The translations under genes were made by a program, and so were the position numbers. A DNA stretch of 64,000 nucleotides from a virus, in IMG/VR virus record IMGVR_UViG_3300021594_000641, positions 96,001-160,000 of that record; one strand, given 5' to 3'. Below the pieces are notes generated by a model. That model was not told the origin of the DNA. It saw only the letters and a program-made list of their open reading frames with translations, and searched no databases. Positions 49,303-58,195 of this stretch are shown here, piece after piece; position 1 is the stretch's first letter, and every line of letters begins with the position of its first letter.

Positions 49303-52300
49303 TTAATGAGTGATATTCAAAAGCTCTAATCCCTTGGCAATAGACTTAGTTGTAGAGTCAGCTTTTGGGCTTGCTGCCGCTGCTCTAATCTTTTCAACTG
49401 CGTCTTTAACTGAGTTTGCCTTGTGCATACTAGAAGCAAAAGGAACATACCAATAGTTTTTAGCTTCTTCATCTACTCTAGCGTTGTACGTATCTACTAT
49501 ACTGCTTCTTATTTTTTGAACCAGATCGGCTTTAACTGTCTGAGGCATGACAGAAACTATTCTTTCAATCATCTCAGGAGTTTTATTTTCAAAAGTGTAT
49601 TTGCCGCTCTTATCTTTAAAGCCCAAACCAGCTAAGTCGTTAAACTCGTCAAAAGTTTTTGCCTTAGCCAGGACTGGAGCATTACCAAGGTTATTTATCA
49701 TTTTATTGTCTTCGGCTACTCGGCTATCAAATTTAGCCATAGCCGTTGAAGCCGTCGGGTATTTGTTATTTAGAGCAGTTAGCAAAGTTCCTCTGTTCTG
49801 AGGGTCTAACGTACCTAGCAGAGTAGCTGCTTCAGCGGCGGTTGCTCCTCCAGTCATTACTTTGTCGTATAGAGGTGAGTGCTTAACCTGGTCTATACTG
49901 TACTTTCCGTAATGATTGTCTTTACGCAGTTGGTTAAGGACCCTTTCAGTTGGATTGTCTTCTTCAACGCTACCTGTCAAAAAGCTCATGAATCCTTTTG
50001 GAGTTATCAAGTCTGAAGGAGACTGACCTGAGCTAAAGTAGTTATAGCCAGCCAGGCCCAGCGCGCCCAAGCCGCCAGCTAGACCTAGGCTAGGCAACCA
50101 GTCTCCTCCGTAGCCTGTGACCAAGCTTATAGCGCCTAAAGCGGCTAAGCCCAATCCGCCATACATAAACACTTTTTCTGTAGTGGACATGTTTGAATAA
50201 ATGTTCTTAGTCATGTCCTTGGCGTATGGAGAATCTGCTCCAACTATTTTGTCTACTTCGGAAGAAACTTTGGTAGCTACTTGAGTTTTAACTTCAGGAG
50301 TGTTTATAAGGTTAGAGACAGCTCCGACAGCCTTTTGAGAATCTGTAAAAAATTGAGGGTCTATGGGCTGGCCTGACTGGAACAGGTTAGTAGCAGCAGC
50401 TACACCAGACCAGGTAGTTATGTCTTTGACATAGCCTTCAGCTTGTTTGATCGCTTGTTTTTCTTCCGCAGTTACTGTGTCCGGAGCTGTAGACATCTTT
50501 TGTCGTATGCCCGCTAGGTTTGCGGCGGAGTCTAGTAAATGTTGTTGTTTAGGAGCTATGTCGACTTTATATGAATGGTTAAGGTAGTCAGTAACAAAAG
50601 GAAGACCGTTTTTTCTAAAATCTGCATTAGCTTCATCGTACAGTTTTGTTACTCTATCCCTTTCTGACATGTTGCTTGATTGGTCAGACCTAGACGCAAA
50701 ATCGGAATATTGCTTATTAGCGTCAGCAAACCTTGAAGCCGAGTCTTTAAAACTTTTGAATCTCTCAGGAGTGCTTCCATATTGTTGAGATATGTGAGTA
50801 GAAAGAACAGCCTGATTACTTGCTATCTCTGACTTCACTTGATTTGCTTCAAGCGTGTTAGGCTGAAGGTATGAAAGCCTTTCTGACAAATTTTGAATGT
50901 TAGTTTCTGTTTGAGCTATTTCAGGCGACACGACTAGAGCGTCAGCCACTCCTACGGAAACTAATGGAGCTATATTAGAAATTCCTGGGAATTTTGTTCT
51001 CAGACTCTCAGGAGTAACCACTTCATTGCTGGAGAAACCCCTGCTCTGCTCGTCGGCTATTTGAGCGGATGCTCTTTGCTTTTCTTCTAGAGAAGGAGGA
51101 ACAACTTCTGGTCCGGACAAGTAATTAGAAACAGGCTGGAAAAATGGAATAGTGCTGGCAGCTATAGTCGTTGCGCCTTGAATAAGGTTAGGTCCTTGGA
51201 TTGCTTTTTCAGCAATGAAGGGTTTATTAGCGACGTTCTGTATTGCTCTAGTTAATATGCTAGCAGGGTCTGGATGGGTCGTTCCTAAGGGAATAGGCCC
51301 TACAAAAGAAGCCCTGTCTGATTCTAGTATTCTTTGCATTTCATCTCGTACTGCGGCTCCCTCGTTTCTTACTATGGCACCAGGGTCTTTTAGAACCCCT
51401 GTAGAAGCATAAGGATTTTTAGCCCTAACTTGTTTAATAGCGTCAGCTATTTGCTTATACCCTTGTCTCATAAACATAGGTAAAGGGCCGTAGCCGCCAG
51501 ACAGCTCACCCGCTTGAGCTGCTTGTTCTGGAGAAGCGCCAGCAAGGCCTGCGGCTATTTGAACAGGCGCGTTAAACAGAGGAGATAATCTGTAATTGTA
51601 ATCAAATATACCTTTTGACAAATTTCCGGCTACGGCTCCAGCTGTTTGTATGGGTTTTGGGATGCCCGCTGCAATTCTGGCTAAATTTGCTGAGTTAGTA
51701 GCGCCTCCTCTTTCTAAAGCCGTTCTAGCTGAGTTAAAAGCTTCAGACCAGGAAGGAACTTGCCTAGCCGAAACTGCTTGTTGGGCTTTTGAAGCAGAAG
51801 GGCCAAACAAACGAGAAAGGAAATTTTCAGTTAAAGTATTAGCGCCTGTAGCCGCCTGTTCTGCAGCCGCTCCCAGCCTTGGAGCTAAGTACCTATACGT
51901 TGCTGGAACAGTCGCCGTAGCAGACCTTATTGCAGGCATAATCGGCCTTAAAAATGGAAAAGCCATAGCAGCAACGTTAGGGGCTAAGCGAGCATAGTTG
52001 CCTAAATACGAATTATTTTCATTAACCCCTCCAGATAAAACATCAAGAGCCTGTCTGGCTATTTCAAGTTTTTTTTGGCTATCTCCTGTTCTTAAAAATT
52101 TTTCTCTGCCTAAAATATCGTTTTCGTCTATTTGCTTTGATAACTCGTAGATAGATTTAAAATGGTTTCTTGCGGCTTCTTGCTGCTCAGGTGTTCCGAC
52201 TTTTCCAGAAGCAAGCTCAAATAAGTGCCCTGCGTTTCTATCGTATTTTAAATTATCTGCGTAAAACTTTTCTAAAGCAGGCCCTTCCAGCTCTCGACCT

Positions 52301-53337
52301 TCTGCGTCTGTTGGCAAAGCCTTTCCAGTTAAGTTGGCAGTTCTAGCCCAGTCTTTCTCTATCTGTTCGTTTGTGAATGGTTTAAAATTGTATTGGTTTA
52401 CAAGATAAGGACTGCGCATATCCTCGGGTAAAACTGGAACAGCTTTGCTAATCAAGTCTAGTCTTTCAAGATTTTGAGGAGATAGCTGTGCCGCTCTAGA
52501 ACTAAATTCAGGGAAGATAGCTTTTCTAACGTCTGGCTTGCCTAAAGCGCCATAACGCCAATCGACATTAGTTTCAGGTTGAGGTTTACCAGAAAAAATA
52601 CTTCTATCAAACCAAGAAGGGTCTATGCTCTGCATCTGCCTTTTTTGAACGCTTCCTGGAATAGCCGGCTGTAAAACTTTTAGTTTTGGACCAATCCCAA
52701 AAAATCTTCTGCCTCGGTCTAAGGCTTCTTCAGGCAACTTTATGTCCGTAGCGCCTTGAGCTTTTAGCTGTAAGTTTCTTGTTTCTTTATCCCTAGCCAA
52801 CTGCTCTTCTTGAAGCTTTTTAAAAGCAGCGTCTTCTTTTGCAATTCTAGTTTCTACATGCGGCTCAGTTAAACTTTTAGGAATAACTTCTCCAGCGCTC
52901 TTACTAATATAAGAAGCTATAGCTTCTAACTTATTTAAAGAACCAGTTTTTTTAATTCTGTTAAAGCTGCTGACTAAGTTGTCTTCAGCCTTTTTAGTTG
53001 AAATGATCTTGGCTATGGCGTTAGCGCCATAACCCTGAGGTTGTACTATAGGACCAACAGCCGGGGCTACTGGAACAGCCGGTTGACCTGTGGCTGGGCC
53101 AGCTGCTCCTCCGGTGGCGCTTACATTAGGTTTAGGCAGAGCTTTGTTGTTGAAGTTAGTTAGAGCTTCTTTGACTATGGAATCGATAAGGTAGTTATCT
53201 ACAAACTCATAAGCTCGCTTTTCTTTTTTCTTTTCAGGAAGGCTTTTTATGTCCTTAGTGTGCTTAGCCCACCTTTTAGCCATTTCTGGATGGTTAGCAA
53301 ACATCCACCTTTGTTGAGCTTTGGACTGAAAAGGCAT
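49303..53337 (-). CDS. Large Ala-rich virion-like protein (MPFxSKAQ N-terminus, C-terminal hydrophobic hairpin)
   Basis: 1344 aa; MPFQSKAQQRWMFANHPEMAKRWAKHT; YGGLGLAALGAISLV and LGLAGGLGALGLAGY. Confidence 0.75.
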   Translation of the reverse strand: MPFQSKAQQRWMFANHPEMAKRWAKHTKDIKSLPEKKKEKRAYEFVDNYLIDSIVKEALTNFNNKALPKPNVSATGGAAGPATGQPAVPVAPAVGPIVQPQGYGANAIAKIISTKKAEDNLVSSFNRIKKTGSLNKLEAIASYISKSAGEVIPKSLTEPHVETRIAKEDAAFKKLQEEQLARDKETRNLQLKAQGATDIKLPEEALDRGRRFFGIGPKLKVLQPAIPGSVQKRQMQSIDPSWFDRSIFSGKPQPETNVDWRYGALGKPDVRKAIFPEFSSRAAQLSPQNLERLDLISKAVPVLPEDMRSPYLVNQYNFKPFTNEQIEKDWARTANLTGKALPTDAEGRELEGPALEKFYADNLKYDRNAGHLFELASGKVGTPEQQEAARNHFKSIYELSKQIDENDILGREKFLRTGDSQKKLEIARQALDVLSGGVNENNSYLGNYARLAPNVAAMAFPFLRPIMPAIRSATATVPATYRYLAPRLGAAAEQAATGANTLTENFLSRLFGPSASKAQQAVSARQVPSWSEAFNSARTALERGGATNSANLARIAAGIPKPIQTAGAVAGNLSKGIFDYNYRLSPLFNAPVQIAAGLAGASPEQAAQAGELSGGYGPLPMFMRQGYKQIADAIKQVRAKNPYASTGVLKDPGAIVRNEGAAVRDEMQRILESDRASFVGPIPLGTTHPDPASILTRAIQNVANKPFIAEKAIQGPNLIQGATTIAASTIPFFQPVSNYLSGPEVVPPSLEEKQRASAQIADEQSRGFSSNEVVTPESLRTKFPGISNIAPLVSVGVADALVVSPEIAQTETNIQNLSERLSYLQPNTLEANQVKSEIASNQAVLSTHISQQYGSTPERFKSFKDSASRFADANKQYSDFASRSDQSSNMSERDRVTKLYDEANADFRKNGLPFVTDYLNHSYKVDIAPKQQHLLDSAANLAGIRQKMSTAPDTVTAEEKQAIKQAEGYVKDITTWSGVAAATNLFQSGQPIDPQFFTDSQKAVGAVSNLINTPEVKTQVATKVSSEVDKIVGADSPYAKDMTKNIYSNMSTTEKVFMYGGLGLAALGAISLVTGYGGDWLPSLGLAGGLGALGLAGYNYFSSGQSPSDLITPKGFMSFLTGSVEEDNPTERVLNQLRKDNHYGKYSIDQVKHSPLYDKVMTGGATAAEAATLLGTLDPQNRGTLLTALNNKYPTASTAMAKFDSRVAEDNKMINNLGNAPVLAKAKTFDEFNDLAGLGFKDKSGKYTFENKTPEMIERIVSVMPQTVKADLVQKIRSSIVDTYNARVDEEAKNYWYVPFASSMHKANSVKDAVEKIRAAAASPKADSTTKSIAKGLELLNITH

Positions 53338-53340
53338 GGC

Positions 53341-53685
53341 TTAATCCTGCTTAGCTGATGTTTTTTTAGCATTTTCTCTCAGCTTGTTGAAATAATCAAT
53401 AGTATCATCGATATCTGAGTTAACTGTTTGCCAGTTCCATAGATGGCCAAAAACAAAATGGCAGTTCCTTCCAGGATATCGGCAAAGGGCAATTAGATTA
53501 CTTTCGTCAAGCTCCATGTCAGGATGTTCGTGAAAAGGGCGCTTGTGGTGTGCGACAAGCTTTTTGTCTATGCCGCACACCGCGCAAGTCTTACCGTAAA
53601 GAAACTTTTTGCTGAGAGCCTGCCACTTGCCACTTCTAGGTTTCCCTAGAGTAAAGAAAGAAACTAGCTTAGCTATAAACTGCAT
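53341..53685 (-). CDS. Small HNH endonuclease
   Basis: CAVC, AHHKRPFH, SNLIALC, CHFVFGH. Confidence 0.85.
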   Translation of the reverse strand: MQFIAKLVSFFTLGKPRSGKWQALSKKFLYGKTCAVCGIDKKLVAHHKRPFHEHPDMELDESNLIALCRYPGRNCHFVFGHLWNWQTVNSDIDDTIDYFNKLRENAKKTSAKQD

Positions 53686-53705
53686 AGCTACTTATTCCAA
53701 AACAA

Positions 53706-53990
53706 CTACCTGGTCAAAGACACAACCATCTCAAGGTCGTACTCTATTTCATACTCAGCAAATATCTTCATGTTTACCTTTATGGCCTTGTCTGACCTGC
53801 TAGGTAAAACATCGACGTAGAGGAAATCAGTTTCTTCAAGGGCAGCTCTTATGGCCTTCTTTACTAAATGAAAAGCTTTCTTGTAGCTAAGCTTGTTAAA
53901 TCCTGGAAGACACATGGCAGAGTTAACCCTGTCCATGATCACGTTAAAAGCCTTCTGGACTATCAACCCTTGATCTGAATTAACTTCCAT
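53706..53990 (-). CDS. Hypothetical protein
   Basis: Start moved to gccATG 53990 (MEVNSDQ). Confidence 0.6.
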   Translation of the reverse strand: MEVNSDQGLIVQKAFNVIMDRVNSAMCLPGFNKLSYKKAFHLVKKAIRAALEETDFLYVDVLPSRSDKAIKVNMKIFAEYEIEYDLEMVVSLTR

Positions 53991-53997
53991 GGCTGCT

Positions 53998-54387
53998 TTA
54001 CCCCGTGATTGGAATAGAAGTATCCACCTGTCTAAAAACAATAGGACCTCCTTGTCTAGAAGGAGCATTAATCTCAATAGAACTGGTCTTATCTTTATTA
54101 ACAGTACTCTGATCAACAAACACTACCCTCGTATAATCAGCGAACTGCAAAGCCAAGCCCTTGTCCAAATAAGTAAAAGTAGCTGGAGGGTTTTCCAAAA
54201 GCTTACTTTTTATAAAATGGACAAAAGCCTCTACCTCCTGTTTTAGCTTCTTACTGGTCGGAGTTTCTTTTTTATCTTCCTTTGACTCCAAGTACTTTTT
54301 CAGCATCAAGTCAAAAAAATCAGGGTCTTCGTTCGTATACACTTTGAAGCCGGCGTTCTTGTATGCTTCAAGTTCTTTCTTTTCCAC
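53998..54387 (-). CDS. Hypothetical protein
   Basis: 129 aa, GTG start after AAGGTGGG. Confidence 0.65.
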   Translation of the reverse strand: MEKKELEAYKNAGFKVYTNEDPDFFDLMLKKYLESKEDKKETPTSKKLKQEVEAFVHFIKSKLLENPPATFTYLDKGLALQFADYTRVVFVDQSTVNKDKTSSIEINAPSRQGGPIVFRQVDTSIPITG

Positions 54388-54446
54388 AACCCACCTTACT
54401 TTCTTTTCTAGTGTCTATACGCACTGACCCTGCGCGGTACCTCTTC

Positions 54447-54474
54447 AGTATATACGCGAACGACCAAATGTCTA
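54447..54474 (-). promoter_or_regulatory. Sigma70-like promoter (TAGACA-16-TATACT)
   Basis: Intergenic, 60 nt upstream of 53998..54387. Confidence 0.4.
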
Positions 54475-54492
54475 AGAGAATGATTTTTGCTT

Positions 54493-55560
54493 TTACTTGC
54501 TAAGCTGGGCGTCTATGACTTCGGCCCATAAAGCTGAGAATTGTTTACGCCTGGCCTCAAGTCCTACAGAAGTTGAAGCTCGCATCTTGTTCAAAATGCT
54601 TTTGTTATTAAAAACAAAACTTAATGTTTTACGTATGGAACTGTCGCTGTGAAGAGCGTAGCTTACTCCCAGGTCTGTACTGCTCGACCCACATTCCAAA
54701 AGAAATCCATTAATGGAATTGCTGACTATTTCGTTCATTGGAGGAAAGTCGTAACAAACTACCGGTGTTCCCATAGTTAATGATTCTAAAACAACTGAAC
54801 CAAAGCTTTCTATCTGGCCTGGGTATACAGTTATATCGTGTTCTCCATATATAAGCGGGGTTTCAAACCAGCCAGTAGGATCATCTATAGCGATTATAGA
54901 ACTGCCGTTTTCTTTGGCTACCGTTAAGGCTTTTAATTGATTTTTTGAAAGCTTTGCAACTTTATTGCTAAACAAAAAAGTTATTTTGATTCCTGGGTTA
55001 TCGTCCAGTACAGCTATTAAAGTTTCATACAGCTTTGTGACATCTACTCTTTTGATTTGAAAACCAGGACAAGCTACTAGCACCTTTAAAGGCTCAGAGT
55101 CGGTTCTGTCTATTTGAGAAAACGCCCAGTTGCAGTCCCAAGGAATATGCACAACGTTTTTAAGCCTCCAGTAGGACTGGAAGTATTTAGCCTGTTGAGC
55201 AGAAGGAGTTACTACAGTAGTGCCTTGTTTAAGAGAAGAAACTATATCCGCGTCTACGCTATCCCACGTTGCTACACAGGTTACTGGCGTTCCTCTTTTC
55301 TTTATGGCTTTTATTTCTTGTGCGTCTGAGTAACTAAAAAATATCAGCCTGTCTACAGAAGCGCTCCAGGTTTCAAAGCTTACTTGCTTTGAACTTTTGA
55401 CAAACTCGTCCCAGTAGTCATGCAGAGCTATTCTTGTTGTAGGCTCTAGCCTATTATATATAGTGACATCATAACCTAAATTTTCCAACACTTCAGCTGT
55501 TTTTAAAGCCGCGTAAGTGAAGTCATGCCTCGCGTAATTTAGCGATATGCCTACTTTCAT
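54493..55560 (-). CDS. GT4 (GT-B) glycosyltransferase
   Basis: ESFGSVVLESLTMGTPVV..D.PPMNEIV....NG.L. Confidence 0.85.
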   Translation of the reverse strand: MKVGISLNYARHDFTYAALKTAEVLENLGYDVTIYNRLEPTTRIALHDYWDEFVKSSKQVSFETWSASVDRLIFFSYSDAQEIKAIKKRGTPVTCVATWDSVDADIVSSLKQGTTVVTPSAQQAKYFQSYWRLKNVVHIPWDCNWAFSQIDRTDSEPLKVLVACPGFQIKRVDVTKLYETLIAVLDDNPGIKITFLFSNKVAKLSKNQLKALTVAKENGSSIIAIDDPTGWFETPLIYGEHDITVYPGQIESFGSVVLESLTMGTPVVCYDFPPMNEIVSNSINGFLLECGSSSTDLGVSYALHSDSSIRKTLSFVFNNKSILNKMRASTSVGLEARRKQFSALWAEVIDAQLSK

Positions 55561-55574
55561 TTACGTGGCCTCTA

Positions 55575-56195
55575 TCAGTTGTGAACATACAGATATCCGT
55601 CTACTTTCGATATTTTACCTTTAACAGCCAAGAACAGTTTTTTTATAAAAAACCAGTCTGCTGCGAAAGAGTAGTCTGTCCAGTTTACCAGTTTTACTAC
55701 TTCAGTAGAAGCCATCCAGCAACCTACGTCTACTTTTCCTCTAGCCATTTCTGTATTAAGTGGCTGCCAAAGTTTATGACTGTGTATCATGTTGCATATG
55801 CACATTTTGGTAGAGTCTTTTTGCATTTTATATAACATGTTTTCAAAATAATTAGGAGTATACCAACAGTCTCCATTAGTAGTACATAAGTGAGTACAGC
55901 CAAGACTGGCTAAATAGGAGAACCCAGGATAACGCATGTCGTGGCCAAATTTATTTTGTCTTTCTCTGGTTTCTATAAAAATAAATCTATCGTCTTTTCC
56001 TACTAAAACATTAACTGCCGCTTTTACTTCGGGAGTTGCGGGTCCGTCGTGAGATATGGCTATTTTAAAATTTTTCCACGTTTGAGCTTTTAAGCTAGCT
56101 AGCAAAGATTGAAGAGGTTCTATTTGATTGTATGTTACGACAACCATACCTACTAAAGGATTGTCGTTAATACTTTTAAGTTTCCAAAAACGCAT
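55575..56195 (-). CDS. GT2 family glycosyltransferase
   Basis: MVVVTYNQ, IAISHDG, TTNGDCWY, AADWFF. Confidence 0.85.
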   Translation of the reverse strand: MRFWKLKSINDNPLVGMVVVTYNQIEPLQSLLASLKAQTWKNFKIAISHDGPATPEVKAAVNVLVGKDDRFIFIETRERQNKFGHDMRYPGFSYLASLGCTHLCTTNGDCWYTPNYFENMLYKMQKDSTKMCICNMIHSHKLWQPLNTEMARGKVDVGCWMASTEVVKLVNWTDYSFAADWFFIKKLFLAVKGKISKVDGYLYVHN

Positions 56196-56196
56196 T

Positions 56197-56961
56197 TTAG
56201 CCCTTACTTTTTCGGTACCATCCTTGGTATTGCTTGCCTGTTTTTACAGCTCTGCTGACACTTCTGTAGTGCCATACAAAGCTGTAAGGGCAGTATCCTA
56301 CTTTTCTACCCATGCCTAGCCATCTACCTATGAGCTCATCTTCATTCCTCATCATTTTATTTTTTGGGTTAAAAACACAAGAAGAATCAAACGCTCCGGA
56401 CCACCAAGTATCTGTAAGTGCAGCCATGCAAAATCCGTTTATAAGCGTTTGAACAAAATCCTCGTCCTTTCTTTCCATAAGCTTTTCTTGCACTTGGTCT
56501 ATGTAATCGTCTGAATCATCAAGATTATAATCAGGAATCAAGGTCGTTATCTGCTGTTTCTGACGATGCCCCGGAGCGTTTGTTGCGGGACCTACGAGGT
56601 CTGCGCGATTTTCTCTTAGAAGTTGAAATATCTTCATCGACCAGTTCTTCGGAAACTTCAAGTCGCTGTTCGCTGGTACCGCTATCGGTATTCTCAGTTC
56701 CTTTGCCTTCTGAAGTCCCCAGTTCCAGCTCCTGGTCAGGTTCTGGTCGTTCTGAGGAAACCTGTGTATTATCAACCGGTCCTGCGGTAGGCAACTCCAG
56801 ATTGACGAATCCCACTCCGGACTCGCATCGTCTACTACCATCACAATGCTGTTTGGCGTATTCGCAAGAGCTGTCTTTGCAGATAACAGTGCATAATCCA
56901 GGTGATTGTAAGTCGGGATTATCACAGCTGCTTCCAGGTTGGCTGCAAGGCTGCTCGACAT
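56197..56961 (-). CDS. GT2 family glycosyltransferase
   Basis: VIIPTYN, MVVDDAS, NLTRSWN.G, NSD, INGFCM, EDE; start moved to ATG 56961. Confidence 0.85.
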   Translation of the reverse strand: MSSSLAANLEAAVIIPTYNHLDYALLSAKTALANTPNSIVMVVDDASPEWDSSIWSCLPQDRLIIHRFPQNDQNLTRSWNWGLQKAKELRIPIAVPANSDLKFPKNWSMKIFQLLRENRADLVGPATNAPGHRQKQQITTLIPDYNLDDSDDYIDQVQEKLMERKDEDFVQTLINGFCMAALTDTWWSGAFDSSCVFNPKNKMMRNEDELIGRWLGMGRKVGYCPYSFVWHYRSVSRAVKTGKQYQGWYRKSKG

Positions 56962-57652
56962 TTTCAACCTCTGTCTTGGGTTCTTCTTTAGGTACGACAA
57001 ATTCTGGAACAGGTACGGAATCATTAGTGTCTAGCGTGCCCGTTTTAGTTATCTTAACCATTTGAACAGACAGACCAAACTCTGGATAGGCATCTACAGG
57101 TTCAAGTATTTCTACTTTCAAACCTGACCTCTTTACAAGTTCATTTATAACTAAGAAAGCGCAACCAGAGAAATGACTACTAGCGTAATAACCGTCTACT
57201 AAAATTACAGAATCTTCTCCAGTCAGTTTTATAGCGTACTCTATATCTGACTGTACCGTAGCCAAAGACTTTCCTCCGTCTATAAAAATAACATCCATTT
57301 TTGGTAATTTTTTTACAGCTTCAGGCAATGTTTTTTTACTATCGCCTTTGAATAAGTTAATTGCTTTAACTTTAGCTTTACCTTTTAAATAATCCATGAC
57401 TTCAGAATAAGATGGAGCAAAAGGTCTACGGCAGCCTTCTACTTCGCTAACTTCATGGGTCATGTCTTCAAATAAATCAAAACCATAATACTCAATATTT
57501 TTTCTTCCATTAGCGTAGGCCCTGTTGGCCATTAGTTTTCCTTGGATGCCGTGGAAACAGCCTATTTCCATAATTTTAAAAGGCTTATGTTTCTGGCCTT
57601 TTACAGAAGTTTCATCCACGGCGGTCATAAGATGTTGATAACGCAAAGTCAT
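56531..57652 (-). CDS. Class I SAM methyltransferase with long C-terminal tail overlapping the GT2 gene
   Basis: MEIGCFHG, YYGFDLFE, LFKGDSK.TL, VIFIDGG. Confidence 0.8.
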   Translation of the reverse strand: MTLRYQHLMTAVDETSVKGQKHKPFKIMEIGCFHGIQGKLMANRAYANGRKNIEYYGFDLFEDMTHEVSEVEGCRRPFAPSYSEVMDYLKGKAKVKAINLFKGDSKKTLPEAVKKLPKMDVIFIDGGKSLATVQSDIEYAIKLTGEDSVILVDGYYASSHFSGCAFLVINELVKRSGLKVEILEPVDAYPEFGLSVQMVKITKTGTLDTNDSVPVPEFVVPKEEPKTEVENVEQPCSQPGSSCDNPDLQSPGLCTVICKDSSCEYAKQHCDGSRRCESGVGFVNLELPTAGPVDNTQVSSERPEPDQELELGTSEGKGTENTDSGTSEQRLEVSEELVDEDISTSKRKSRRPRRSRNKRSGASSETADNDLDS

Positions 57653-57675
57653 AAAGCACCCCCTTTAGATAAAGC

Positions 57676-57704
57676 AATTTACTATTAAGTTTTTAACAAA
57701 GCAA
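57676..57704 (-). promoter_or_regulatory. Sigma70-like promoter (TTGCTT-17-TAAATT) for MTase/GT operon
   Basis: Same TTGCTT -35 as the RNR promoter; GGGGTG SD follows. Confidence 0.45.
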
Positions 57705-57722
57705 CCCTAGATATGCTTATAT

Positions 57723-57755
57723 AAGTAAAGCAAGCCGGTTAAGCTTGCTTTACTT
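57723..57755. terminator. Perfect 13-bp inverted repeat
   Basis: aagtaaagcaagc-cggttaa-gcttgctttactt in AT-rich intergenic gap. Confidence 0.6.
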
Positions 57756-57784
57756 AATTTAAAAATTTTACAGGCGTATCTTAT

Positions 57785-57994
57785 TTACATTTTATTTTCT
57801 ATGAGCTTTTTATAGTGTTTTTCACAATACCAAACGTCCATAGTTTCTAAACAGTCCTGTCCTGTTTCACTCGAGGAATTAGCCGAAATACTTAAATGAT
57901 GCGTACCATTTTTATTGCACTTAGCAAAAGCGCATCTTTGCACAGCAACGCAAAAAGAGCCGCTATTGCCCGCAGCAGTTGATTTTGACGCCAT
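57785..57994 (-). CDS. Small Cys/His zinc-finger-like protein
   Basis: CxxxxxC...C...C...YCxxH. Confidence 0.5.
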   Translation of the reverse strand: MASKSTAAGNSGSFCVAVQRCAFAKCNKNGTHHLSISANSSSETGQDCLETMDVWYCEKHYKKLIENKM

Positions 57995-58175
57995 GGTATT
58001 TCCTCGAGTCGTTAACTATAAGCAAAGAAGAATCACCATCAGCTTGAGTAATCTCCAGGCTTAAATCGACAGGAGTATTCCATTCTGTAGATTGTATAGC
58101 CTCGTTCAAATTTTTCAAAATATCTAAAACAGCTTCGCTATTCTCTGCTTTTATGTTTATAGATATTTCAATCAT
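57963..58175 (-). CDS. Hypothetical small acidic protein
   Basis: 70-aa ORF after portal. Confidence 0.55.
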   Translation of the reverse strand: MIEISINIKAENSEAVLDILKNLNEAIQSTEWNTPVDLSLEITQADGDSSLLIVNDSRKYHGVKINCCGQ

Positions 58176-58195
58176 ATTATCTTTCTTAGTTAAAT

